A stretch of 64,000 nt of DNA from a virus. The DNA lies in the IMG/VR virus record IMGVR_UViG_3300010885_044958, positions 32,001 to 96,000 of that record; one strand, given 5' to 3'. Positions 53,859-63,817 of the stretch are shown here, piece after piece. A program made the translations under genes and the position numbers. The notes under the pieces are model-generated. The model searched no databases, was not told where the DNA came from, and worked only from the letters and a program-made list of their open reading frames with translations. Each line of letters starts with the position of its first letter. The stretch's first letter is position 1.

Positions 53859-53929
53859 ACCAAACTCATTCGCGTGCACAACTCACTAGACTCATTCGAG
53901 TATAAGTATCTCAACCAAACTCATTCGCG
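53859..53929 (+). repeat. direct repeats ACCAAACTCATTCGCG x2 plus partial copies
   Basis: Full copies at 53859-53874 and 53914-53929; ACTCATTCG core at 53890. Confidence 0.75.
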
Positions 53930-54031
53930 CTTGCATAACATATAGCACAAAATACTAATAAGTAATAATAGGAATGCAATACAATCTTTACTCAAGACCA
54001 TATTACATTCCCATTAAGAACTAATTACCAA

Positions 54032-54619
54032 TTACGAAAGAACTGGTTCAACATTACTTGCAGCTACTTCAGGTGTATTACGCCTTGCAGCTTTACGTGC
54101 AGCAATTGTAGCCTTCATTTCAGCGTCCTTAGCAAGCTTACGTGCAGCATAATCATCTTCAGCCTTACGATTGGCTGTGAATGCAGTTGCAGTTGCAGAG
54201 GCATTATTCAGAGCAATACTCTCCAAATAATCCTTCTTGTCTTGAAGGCTTGGTTCATTACGGAATGCGTCTTCCTCGTCCAGAGTTACATACGATGCAA
54301 CCATAACAGGATAAGGCTCTACTTCGTAACCTACCAATTCGCCGTCTGAATCCAGCACTTCAACAGCACCAACTGGTGGATTTTCCAGCATACGCACATT
54401 ACGCATTACTTTCTGTGCAACTACAAATACTTTGCAGTCGAAGCCCAAAGAACGCATTTCATCTATATCCATATCATCCTCGATACCAACGATATCACGA
54501 ATAAGCTGACGCTCACCCTTTTGGATTTCAACGAATGCAGATTTGTCACCAGCAACACGACCTGCTTTTGGGAAAGTAGACTCACTCTTCCCGTTTAACT
54601 GATTGATTTTCAGTATCAT
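54032..54619 (-). CDS. first gene of the leftward block, Ala-rich C-terminus
   Basis: 195 aa; visibly less AT-rich than its neighbours. Confidence 0.7.
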   Translation of the reverse strand: MILKINQLNGKSESTFPKAGRVAGDKSAFVEIQKGERQLIRDIVGIEDDMDIDEMRSLGFDCKVFVVAQKVMRNVRMLENPPVGAVEVLDSDGELVGYEVEPYPVMVASYVTLDEEDAFRNEPSLQDKKDYLESIALNNASATATAFTANRKAEDDYAARKLAKDAEMKATIAARKAARRNTPEVAASNVEPVLS

Positions 54620-54783
54620 AAGTACAATAATTTAATATGGCTACCATTGAATGGTTTGTTTATTGATGGGGGGTAGCCTCTAACCCAAAACTCCCCAGGG
54701 TCAATTCGATGGTTACATAGGCTATCCTTACTTACACAAAAATTTTTTCAGAAAAAATAAAATTTTTTACATATCTTTGCTAA

Positions 54784-55182
54784 ATGAAAAAGAAAGAAAA
54801 ACCAATTTGGTTTATAATACCACTAGAAATGTACCCATTTGAAATAATTGTTTCAGTTAATCAAACAGATATAGAATTAAATAATGTATTAAAAAGAAAG
54901 GGAATAGAAGACAGATACCTTGCTGAATATGGCTCTAAAAATGGCATAGGTAAATATGTACTATGGGTGGATGAAAGTTATGGGTTAATACGTATAAAAA
55001 ATTTACCAAGAACGGCACAAGATTATTCAGTTCTGATACACGAGGTGCTGCACATAGTTATTTCTGTACTTAGAGCTGTTGGTATGAAGATAGATAATGA
55101 AATGGGTTCAGATGAAGCATATACTTATTTAATGTCTTTCTTAGTTAAAAAGATTTTTACTAAATTAAATGCCTTTTATTAA
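54784..55182 (+). CDS. HExxH zincin-like protein
   Basis: LIHEVLH...DEAYTYL; TATCTTTG box 4 nt before the ATG. Confidence 0.6.
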   Translation: MKKKEKPIWFIIPLEMYPFEIIVSVNQTDIELNNVLKRKGIEDRYLAEYGSKNGIGKYVLWVDESYGLIRIKNLPRTAQDYSVLIHEVLHIVISVLRAVGMKIDNEMGSDEAYTYLMSFLVKKIFTKLNAFY

Positions 55183-55297
55183 AAATTTATTTGTTTAATA
55201 AATATTAATAGTTTATCTTTGCTCAAGAGTCTTTGATCTATTTGTTCCGTGTGGATGGTCTGTTGAATTTCAGCTAGTACTTAGTTAACGGAAACTT

Positions 55298-55368
55298 GCT
55301 TCTATGATGTAACGGTAGCATATCAGACTTTGACTCTGAGAGTCCTAGTTCAAATCTAGGTAGAAGTA
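55298..55368 (+). tRNA. tRNA-Gln(UUG)
   Basis: GCTTCTA/TAGAAGT, ATGT/GCAT, TCAGA-CTTTGAC-TCTGA, CCTAG-TTCAAAT-CTAGG; promoter at 55190-55221. Confidence 0.9.
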
Positions 55369-55393
55369 CTAACAAAAATTAAAAATTCATAAC

Positions 55394-56389
55394 ATGTTCT
55401 TTACCAAGAAAAGAAATCCAGAAGAAATATTGTATGTTATAACTCCAGTTTTTAATCCAGTTGGGTATGAAGCTAGATATAGATTGTATAAGGAATTTGA
55501 AGAAAGAATGCTTTTAGAAGATAATGTAGTTCTTATTACTGTTGAGTGTACTATGTATGGAGATGCACCCAAAGTGAAAAAAAATGGGAAGACCCACATA
55601 GTAGTTCGGGTTAATTCAAACAAGGTTCTTTGGCTTAAAGAAAATCTAATTAATATAGGCGCACAACAGTTACCTAAAAATGCTAAATATATGTGTTGGG
55701 TAGATTGTGATTTAGAATTTACTAGAGGTACTTGGGTTAAAGATACCATAGCAAAACTACAAAAGTTTCCAATAATTCAAATGTTTTCTGAAGTAGTTTA
55801 TTTAGACAAGAAATTTAAACCAACAGTAACACATACTTCTCTTATGTGGGGATGGCTTAACGGGGCTTCATTTAATAATTGTGGGCATACCTTCTATAAT
55901 CCTGATTGTCATATTAATCCTAAACTTAAACCTGGTTGTGGTTGGCATGGTGCTCCAGGGGGAGCTTGGGCATATAAAGTAGAAACATTTAAAGAAATAG
56001 GTGGTCTAGTAGATTTTGGTATAGTTGGTTCTGGAGATTCTTATTCTGCATTTGCTCTTTTAGGAATTGTTTGCCAAAGCCTTTTATCCTCAGAATTTAA
56101 ATATCATTATGAATATATCGCTGAGGTTAAATGTTATGTTAAGAAAGTTTTTAATATAGTAAACGGCAATGTAGGTATGCTAGAAGGAATTGTTAGACAC
56201 TATTATCATGGTGAACCTAAAGACAGAGCTTATTGGCAACGTAATCAGATTTTGTGTAAAAACGAATATAATCCTATAACAGATTTAAGAAAAGATTTTA
56301 ACGGATTGAATTTTATTCATGGAAAGGTAGAATTAGAACGAGATCTAATAAGATATTTTTTAGATCGTAAAGAAGATAATAATGATTAA
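55394..56389 (+). CDS. GT-A fold glycosyltransferase-like protein
   Basis: KENLINIG, WVDCD (DxD), GGAWA, GSGD, HYYHG. Confidence 0.7.
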   Translation: MFFTKKRNPEEILYVITPVFNPVGYEARYRLYKEFEERMLLEDNVVLITVECTMYGDAPKVKKNGKTHIVVRVNSNKVLWLKENLINIGAQQLPKNAKYMCWVDCDLEFTRGTWVKDTIAKLQKFPIIQMFSEVVYLDKKFKPTVTHTSLMWGWLNGASFNNCGHTFYNPDCHINPKLKPGCGWHGAPGGAWAYKVETFKEIGGLVDFGIVGSGDSYSAFALLGIVCQSLLSSEFKYHYEYIAEVKCYVKKVFNIVNGNVGMLEGIVRHYYHGEPKDRAYWQRNQILCKNEYNPITDLRKDFNGLNFIHGKVELERDLIRYFLDRKEDNND

Positions 56390-57600
56390 AGTAGAGACTA
56401 ATTTTTACCAATTAAGAATATATATTGATGATTTATTACATCTATCTATAAAACTTAAAGATCTTCTGGCAATACAAAGTTGGGGGCATCGCAAAGATAA
56501 ATATATAATAGAGTATAATATGAAACAAACAACAGTCAAATCAGAATATCAAAATAAAAAAGATTGGCAAGAAATATTAAAACAATTATCACTTATAGAT
56601 TTTAATTAAATATGAACACAAGAACTTGGACAAGATTTGACGGCCTAAAAGAAGAGGTTGAAATAGGCTCAGATAGAGAAAAGGAATTAGATAAACAACT
56701 AAATGATGCTGGGTTATACAGAGAGGATGATCCAAATAAACCAGATGATTGTTTAAATGCCTTTGAATTTTCAGAATTTTTAGACAGAGAAAAGGCAAAA
56801 CCAACTGAACAAAGATTTGAAGAATACAAACAATGGAAATCAAAACAATAGATATGGAAAAGTATTATACACCAGACCTTGGAGATTTTTGTTTAGGGTT
56901 TGCATTTGAAAAATTTATTTTGTTTAGAGATGATTGGGTATCTGATAAGATTGAATCATCTTATGATTATAATGAAGTTTGGGATGTTTTTAATGAGGGA
57001 AAGCAAGGTCGATACCTAAGAATCAAATACCTAGATAAAGAAGATATAGAGTCTTTAGGTTGGGACGTAGATTGGTTGTTAGTAGAGAGTGCCCAACACA
57101 GAAAATTTTCTAATAATAGAATCTACTTATTAAATTCTACAATTTTGAATCAAAATATATTAATTACAGAAATAGTTGGCGAGGGTATAAAACGAATTTT
57201 TGATGGTGAATGCAAATCTAAAAATGAATTAAGAAAACTAATGCAATGGTTAAACATAAAAGATTTAAATTAGATTTGTTTATGTCAAAATAATTACTTA
57301 TATTTTATTATAGATAAAAATCAAACAATGGAAAATCAAGAACAAAAGACTTACACAGAAGCAGAGATTAAAGAAAATCTAGAAAAGGCAATTGAGTTGC
57401 AGGAATTGCAAACCAAATTACAAGAACTTAGAACTAGAATGGTAACAGCCAGAGCAAATGAATTCTATGCTATTAGACAGATTAATGAGTTAATGCACAC
57501 AGAACAGGCTCAACCAGAAAATGCAACACCAACTGCTCAGAATCAAACAGTTACACCAACAATGAGTGAAACAACTCCTTTTGCAGAATCAGTACTATAA
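56382..57600 (+). CDS. hypothetical proteins (56382-56609, 56612-56851, 56833-57273, 57328-57600)
   Basis: ORF track; variant promoter at 57275-57307 before the last one. Confidence 0.55.
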
Positions 57601-57616
57601 AACAAATTAGAATAAT

Positions 57617-58060
57617 TTGTCCATGAAAGCATCCGTACAACAAGTAGCTATTAAGCAAAGAATATCCAGGTGGGGGCTGATACGATTTCAGATCCTTGCT
57701 TGGTGTTCTTTGCGTAATATCCAAGTCACTAATTCAGATTTGGATGCACTTGCTCTATTAGCTATACTTGGTAAAACCAAACTAACTGCATTTTGTGAAG
57801 AACTTGTTAAAACAGAAGCAAGTACCGGGCCTAAATTTAAAAAGAATAAAGGAATAGATAAAGAATATAAATATATATTTGATTCTTGCCAATCTGCCAG
57901 AAATGATTTGCGCAAACTTGCAGAAAAAAATCTAATAAAAAGAGAAGGCAAAAACAAAAGTAACATTCAAGTTTGGATTAATCCGGAAATGAATATACAT
58001 ACTGAAGCAAATCTATTAATTAACTTACAACTTTTAACTCTTGACTCCACAGAAGGCTAA
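57617..58060 (+). CDS. putative winged-helix DNA-binding protein
   Basis: SCQSARNDLRKLAEKNLIKREG pattern. Confidence 0.4.
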   Translation: MSMKASVQQVAIKQRISRWGLIRFQILAWCSLRNIQVTNSDLDALALLAILGKTKLTAFCEELVKTEASTGPKFKKNKGIDKEYKYIFDSCQSARNDLRKLAEKNLIKREGKNKSNIQVWINPEMNIHTEANLLINLQLLTLDSTEG

Positions 58061-58463
58061 AACATTTCTACCAAGAACTGCTGAGCAATCTGGATTTTCT
58101 GAAGAGATTTGCAAGACAGTTGTAAATTACTTCTACAAAGTCCTCAGAGAGCGTCTTAGTAATCTAGAATACAAGAAGATAGTAATAGATAACTTTGGTG
58201 CATTTTATGTCAAGGAACGTGCCTTAGAATCCTTTAAACGAAGATATGAAAAGATCCTGGAACACATAGCAAAATACCCAGAAGGTCCACGAAAAGAAAG
58301 AGTAACCAGATGGGCAGAATCAGAACTAGCAAAAGTTTTAGAAGTTCAAGCGCAATATAAAATAGACAAAGACAGAAAACAATTCTTTAGAACACATAAA
58401 AAAACTTTAGAAGATGCAAAACAAAATACAGAAAGCCTGGAAGGACAAGTGGAAAATAATTAG
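58041..58463 (+). CDS. HU/IHF-like DNA-binding protein
   Basis: TAEQSGFSEEICKTVV...KIVIDNFGAFYVK. Confidence 0.6.
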   Translation: MTPQKAKTFLPRTAEQSGFSEEICKTVVNYFYKVLRERLSNLEYKKIVIDNFGAFYVKERALESFKRRYEKILEHIAKYPEGPRKERVTRWAESELAKVLEVQAQYKIDKDRKQFFRTHKKTLEDAKQNTESLEGQVENN

Positions 58464-58710
58464 TGGTATATGGAATTCAATATTTGGAAATTCTACAATT
58501 AAGAAGATTGCTAAAGAAAGGCTTACCATCTGTCAATCTAATAAGTGTGGGCACTATGATAAGCAAGGTAAATCAGATAAGGTATTTGTACCTGGAGAAC
58601 CTGCGTGTAGTATTTGCGGTTGCAATTTGAAATTTTTAACGGCATCAATGGAATCTAAATGCTCACTAGCAGAATTAGGTAAAGATCCTCTATGGTTAGC
58701 ACAATCTTAA
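58414..58710 (+). CDS. Cys-rich zinc-binding protein
   Basis: RLTIC...C...CSICGC...C...W. Confidence 0.55.
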   Translation: MQNKIQKAWKDKWKIISGIWNSIFGNSTIKKIAKERLTICQSNKCGHYDKQGKSDKVFVPGEPACSICGCNLKFLTASMESKCSLAELGKDPLWLAQS

Positions 58711-59648
58711 TATTTGTTTTTATTATGATATGTTTGGCAAGCTCTGGACCAAAATATTCAGGCAACACAAACAATTATCATAAACCAACATTTGTAGCAA
58801 GTCAGTTACAAATGAACCATAAACAACCAGACATGATAAAGTTTGTAGAAAAAGAACATAAATACACTTCAATTAATCCAGATGATAATATCAAATGGAT
58901 TAGTGTCACGAGTGTGATAAAACAATTCGAGGAAGAATTCAATACAGAAGTTCAAGCAGAAAAATGTTCTAAGAATAAAAAATCTAAATGGTACGGCAAA
59001 TCCCCCGAAGAAATAAAAACTATCTGGGCACGAGTAAATCATGATTCAGTAGAACTAGGTAATTGGTACCATAAGCAAAGAGAAGATCAAATCTGTGGTG
59101 TAGAATCTTTAGATAGATCTGGTGAGACTTGTAAAATAGTTAGACCAATAGTAAAAGATTTAGAAAAATTTGCGCCAGACCAAAAATTAGAAAACAATCA
59201 TCTCTATCCAGAGCATATGGTTTTTTTAAAATCTGCAGGTATTTGTGGTCAATCAGATTTGGTAGAAGTAAGAAATAACACACTATATATAACAGACTAC
59301 AAAACCAATAAGAACTTAACTACTGAAGGGTATACTAACTGGAAAGGAGAAACTAAAATGCTCCTGTATCCTCTATCCCACCTAGAGGAATGTAAACTGA
59401 ATATATATAATATACAATTAAGTTTATATATGTATATTATACTCAAGCACAACCCACAATTAAAACCAGGCAATCTTACAATACACCACGTAATATTTAA
59501 AGAAATAGATAGAGACTCAAATAATAATCCAATCTATGATAGAGACTTTAATAATGAACCTATAGTAGAAAGAGTAGATATCTACGAAATGAAATATTTA
59601 AAAGATGAAGTGCAAGCAATATTAAATTATTTGAAAACCAAGAAATGA
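58692..59648 (+). CDS. PD-(D/E)XK nuclease (alternative start 58833)
   Basis: HKY...SVTSVI, GNWYH, GQSDLV, DYKTNK, YNIQLSLY. Confidence 0.8.
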   Translation: MVSTILIFVFIMICLASSGPKYSGNTNNYHKPTFVASQLQMNHKQPDMIKFVEKEHKYTSINPDDNIKWISVTSVIKQFEEEFNTEVQAEKCSKNKKSKWYGKSPEEIKTIWARVNHDSVELGNWYHKQREDQICGVESLDRSGETCKIVRPIVKDLEKFAPDQKLENNHLYPEHMVFLKSAGICGQSDLVEVRNNTLYITDYKTNKNLTTEGYTNWKGETKMLLYPLSHLEECKLNIYNIQLSLYMYIILKHNPQLKPGNLTIHHVIFKEIDRDSNNNPIYDRDFNNEPIVERVDIYEMKYLKDEVQAILNYLKTKK

Positions 59649-60718
59649 AAATAGCAGTAGTAGTAAAACCAAATAACGGGTGCGATTTCTACAGAGTAGT
59701 TTTACCTATGGAGTATTTGCCTTGGAAAGAAAATGGGGATACTGTAAAACTATTTTTACCAGATGGTACTTCAATACCTAATCCTTCAGACCTAGTTGGT
59801 TTTATTTCTGAGATAGAATCTTTTGAACCAGATCTAATATTTTACAATAGAGATGTTCCAGGAAAAACTATAAAGTGGCTTGAAGTGCAAAAAAAGAAAG
59901 GCATTAAACTAGTAATGGATATAGATGACTATTGGGAACTATCTATAAATCATCCAGTACATTATCTTTGGTATAGAGATAAGATGAATGAGCGAGTTAT
60001 AGAGAATCTAAAAACTGCCGATCTTGTTTTATGCACCACAGAAATACTTAGAAAAAAGATTTTAAATTATAATAAGAATTGTATCGTTATTCCTAACGCA
60101 GTTCCTTTTGGAGAACCTTGGTATAAACAAACTGGTTATAAAGGTGAACTTGCAGATAGAAAAATGAATTTTTTATACGCAGGAGGCAGTACACATTACC
60201 AAGACATTCTTTTACTTAAGAATACATTTACAAAAATTGGTGGAGAAAAGGCAGTTACTAATCGAGCTAAATTTACTTTAGCAGGGTTCAATCCTCTTCC
60301 AGATAAGCATTGCGAATGGGATAAAATGGCATCAATATTTTCTAGAGTTAAGTCTTACGAAATAAAAAACACACTTCCTATTCAAGCCCATATGTCTTTT
60401 TACGATACTGCAGATGTAGTTATAATTCCCTTAGTAAATAATGAGTTTAATAGATACAAATCTGAATTAAAAATTATCGAGGCAGCAACTAGAGAGCTAC
60501 CTTGTATTGTATCTAAGACTTTACCCTACTCAGAATTAGATTACCCAGGAATTCTTTGGGATGATTGGCAAAAAAATATTAAATATTTTTTGAATAATCA
60601 AAAAGAAGTTGTATCTTTGGGCAAACAATTAGCAGAAAAGGTAAAACAGAAGTATGACATAAGAACATGGTCTATCTCGCGTTACCAAATATTTAAACAT
60701 TTAATAGATAAGAAATGA
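59645..60718 (+). CDS. GT-B (GT4-like) glycosyltransferase
   Basis: GCDFYRV, DIDDYW, IPNA, GGSTH, PL...FNRYKSELKIIEA. Confidence 0.8.
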   Translation: MKIAVVVKPNNGCDFYRVVLPMEYLPWKENGDTVKLFLPDGTSIPNPSDLVGFISEIESFEPDLIFYNRDVPGKTIKWLEVQKKKGIKLVMDIDDYWELSINHPVHYLWYRDKMNERVIENLKTADLVLCTTEILRKKILNYNKNCIVIPNAVPFGEPWYKQTGYKGELADRKMNFLYAGGSTHYQDILLLKNTFTKIGGEKAVTNRAKFTLAGFNPLPDKHCEWDKMASIFSRVKSYEIKNTLPIQAHMSFYDTADVVIIPLVNNEFNRYKSELKIIEAATRELPCIVSKTLPYSELDYPGILWDDWQKNIKYFLNNQKEVVSLGKQLAEKVKQKYDIRTWSISRYQIFKHLIDKK

Positions 60719-61857
60719 TAGATTGTATCGTTGAACAAGCAGCAATTAAGGATGGATTTGATTATTGGACATTGGATCTAGATGAGAACGATTTGGAGTA
60801 CAACCAAGCAGAACTTAGACGCAAATTCATAGGAAAAGAAACTATGTATATGGGTTACAAGTTTAAAATAGAAGGTGTTGAATTCTATTCTATAGTTAAA
60901 GAGAAATTTATTCTTAAAGCAGTAAAGCAAGAAGATTAATGTATATTAAATTGTTTACAACAAACGGCGATGTTGCTGTGCCCACGGACAGTTGTTACGT
61001 TATAACTTGGCTAAAAGACATAATAGACAATTACCCTAAGAACTATATTAAGATATTTTCTTATCTCCAGTTTATGTATAGTTGGAATCCAGATGACAAT
61101 CCATATCTGGCAATGAAAGAAGAAGATCGTGAAGAAACAATTCTTTCAGATATCAAGGCAGACTTTTCTACAGAGGATGATTTGATTCAGATAGCTATGA
61201 CTAATTGCCAAAAACTTTTTGAATTGCCTGCGTTTAGACTTTGGAAATCCGCAAAGAAAGGACTAGATAATATTCGAGAATATCTAGATAATAATAAAGT
61301 TTATTCTGGTAAGGATGGTAACAACAAAGATTATAGAGATACACTTAAGGATCTCCCAAATCTAGAGAAGGCATATAATGAAGGTTATAAAGCATTTATG
61401 GAAGAATCTAAATTAGAAGTAAGGGGCAATAGATTTAACTCACAAGTATAATTTTATGAAGAGAATAGATATTAATGTTTTTCATTTACCTGGAAGTGTA
61501 ATAAGTAATGTAGCTAAATGCTATCTAGAACTTAGTGACGATAGATTGGCTTATGTGCATGACTATGATGTAAATTTACCAGAAGATGAAGATAGCCCAG
61601 AAGAGAATTTTAGAGTTCTAGATAAAGTGGTTTATAAAAAAGATTGCATTATAGGCGCGTCTTTATCTTCTAGAGTTATGCGCGCAGAAAGCGAAGAAGA
61701 AGACGGTGAAGATGAAACAATGAATTGTTATGCTGTAACTATTCCTATAGCAAATGTAGAAGAAGCAATAGAAGTTATGTTTGAAAATTTAAAAGATGCA
61801 AACGCGTTTCACAAAACAATTTGTGACTATATATTTAAAGTTCCTAAAGTAGCATGA
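60715..61857 (+). CDS. hypothetical proteins (60715-60939, 60939-61451, 61456-61857)
   Basis: ORF track. Confidence 0.55.
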
Positions 61858-62357
61858 TTATAAATCTCTTTACAAGAACTCACAATAATGAATCTTTAAT
61901 AAAAGATTTTGTGGATTTCTATAAATCTAGAGTTTCAAATATTAGAATAAATATTCATGATATGGCATCTACAGATAAAACTGTAGAGCTAGCGAAAGAG
62001 TTAGGTTGTAATGTAAGAAACTATTCAGATTTTTTTACTACTAAAGATAATTGGAAAAATGGTTGTTGGAAAAACATACCTTCTGATACAATAGTAATTT
62101 GTGATATAGATGAATTTATAGATTTAACTCCTGTAATATTTCAAAACTGTTCTTTAGTAACTACTAAAGGATTTGACATAGAAGATTTAAATAATCTTAC
62201 AGAGGAAAAACGCAACACAGACTACGACAAAATTTGTATATTTGATCCACATACTATTAAGGATATGCATTTTGAAAGAGTGAATTGCAATCCACAGGGA
62301 TTCATTAGAATAGGAGAAGTACAACCAAATCTTTACCATTTAACTAAATTAAAATAA
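61854..62357 (+). CDS. short GT2-like glycosyltransferase
   Basis: THNNE, HDMASTDKT, ICDIDEFI. Confidence 0.7.
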   Translation: MIINLFTRTHNNESLIKDFVDFYKSRVSNIRINIHDMASTDKTVELAKELGCNVRNYSDFFTTKDNWKNGCWKNIPSDTIVICDIDEFIDLTPVIFQNCSLVTTKGFDIEDLNNLTEEKRNTDYDKICIFDPHTIKDMHFERVNCNPQGFIRIGEVQPNLYHLTKLK

Positions 62358-62550
62358 TTATGACAGAATACCAAAAAGCTTTTGAGGCAATGAAAAATTT
62401 TGGATTATTGCAAATTAATAATCCAATTACAAATCAAGAAATGCGTTTTGCAATTTTTGAATTAATTGCAGAACCGGGGATGTCTACTGACATGCTGATA
62501 CATAATGTTGAAACTATATTTCAATATATAACTCTAGGAAAATTGAAATA

Positions 62551-63141
62551 ATGATTACAGTTGTTGCAACAGCTTTTAAAGAGAAAAATTCATTACCTAT
62601 GTTTATAGGTTCTCTATTATGCCAAACAAACAATAACTGGAAAGCAATTATTTTTCATAACGGTATTGATGCAGAAATGGAAAATATATTTGATACTATT
62701 ACAGATTTATATCCAGATTTAGATATTAATAATAAGTTTGAGTTTTTCTTTTGTGAAGAAAATAATGGATTTTGGGGTGCAAAGAATAGAGATTTTGTAT
62801 TAAAAAATTTGGTTGACACTAAATATATTTTGAATAGCAGTGTTCAAGATTATTTTGTTCCAATTGCAATCGAAGAAATTTTAAAAGCGGGAGATGCAGA
62901 CTTGATATATTTTAATTCCATAAATCATTTATTTGGGTATGAAAGACCACTTGATTCTAAATTAGAAACTGGTTGGATAGATTGGGGTAATTTCGCAGTC
63001 AAAACAGAAATAGCCAAACAAGTAGGAATAAATAAACCAGAAGACTTTTGCGCAGATGGCCATTTTGTTCAAGACCTGCTCAAATCAGGATCAATAAATA
63101 TTAAATATAAAATTAATAAAATTTTAACAATTCACAATTAA
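62551..63141 (+). CDS. GT2-like glycosyltransferase
   Basis: SLLCQT...W, IDWGNF, ADG, C-terminal HN; the DxD is degenerate (VQDY). Confidence 0.65.
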   Translation: MITVVATAFKEKNSLPMFIGSLLCQTNNNWKAIIFHNGIDAEMENIFDTITDLYPDLDINNKFEFFFCEENNGFWGAKNRDFVLKNLVDTKYILNSSVQDYFVPIAIEEILKAGDADLIYFNSINHLFGYERPLDSKLETGWIDWGNFAVKTEIAKQVGINKPEDFCADGHFVQDLLKSGSINIKYKINKILTIHN

Positions 63142-63145
63142 CTAT

Positions 63146-63817
63146 ATGAAGGAACCTAATCGGGAACGCAAAACAGAAATTAAAGCAATTAATTCAGTTC
63201 AACTAAATGCAGAACAAAAAGAAGTTAAAAGATTAATTTTTGAAAATCAAATAGTAATTGTAACTGGTAGAGCAGGATCTGGTAAAAGTTTAGTTTGTGC
63301 GCAAACGGCATTGGATTTTCTAAAGAAAAAACAAATAGAATGTATCTATACTACTCGTGCAACTGTTGAAGTAGGAAAGAGTTTAGGTTATCTTCCCGGT
63401 AGTCTAGAAGAAAAATTTGATCCTTATATAGCCGCTCTAATAGAAAATTTAAATAAATGTTGCACAGATAAAAATGAAGTTTCTAGACTTATTGAAGAGG
63501 AGAAAATTAAATCTTTAACAATACAATTTATACGTGGTAAAACTATTGATGACATTCTTCTAGTTGAAGAGGCGCAGAATCTTACAAAATCAGAAATGCT
63601 TGCTATCTTAACACGTCTTGGTAAGACGGGAAAGATTATTATTAACGGGGATAACGAACAAACAGATATAAAAACACCAACTGGAGAAATTAATGGTTTA
63701 AATTATGTGATAGAATTATCCAAAAAAATAGACGAAATAAAATGGGTAAAGCTTCACGCAAACCATCGTTCAGATTTAGTTGGTAGAATTCTTGACTATG
63801 AGTACGGAGCTATATAA
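63146..63817 (+). CDS. phoH: PhoH-like ATPase
   Basis: GRAGSGKS, LGYLPG, RGKT, EEAQN, LTRLG, GDNEQTD, HRS. Confidence 0.92.
   Translation: MKEPNRERKTEIKAINSVQLNAEQKEVKRLIFENQIVIVTGRAGSGKSLVCAQTALDFLKKKQIECIYTTRATVEVGKSLGYLPGSLEEKFDPYIAALIENLNKCCTDKNEVSRLIEEEKIKSLTIQFIRGKTIDDILLVEEAQNLTKSEMLAILTRLGKTGKIIINGDNEQTDIKTPTGEINGLNYVIELSKKIDEIKWVKLHANHRSDLVGRILDYEYGAI

Noticed and set aside
53859-53929. Mini CRISPR array
   Set aside because: Only two full 16-bp repeats, the intervening sequence contains partial repeats, and there are no cas genes. The PD-(D/E)XK nucleases lack cas context.
55245-55294. Hairpin TTCCGT...ACGGAA before tRNA-Gln as a separate RNA gene
   Set aside because: Short, with no recognisable family features; may simply be pre-tRNA leader structure.
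1217-57966. Many short ORFs antisense to longer genes (for example 1217-1432, 9105-9332, 10743-11180, 17057-17545, 55387-55749)
   Set aside because: Shadow frames of well-supported genes, with no motifs or start signals.
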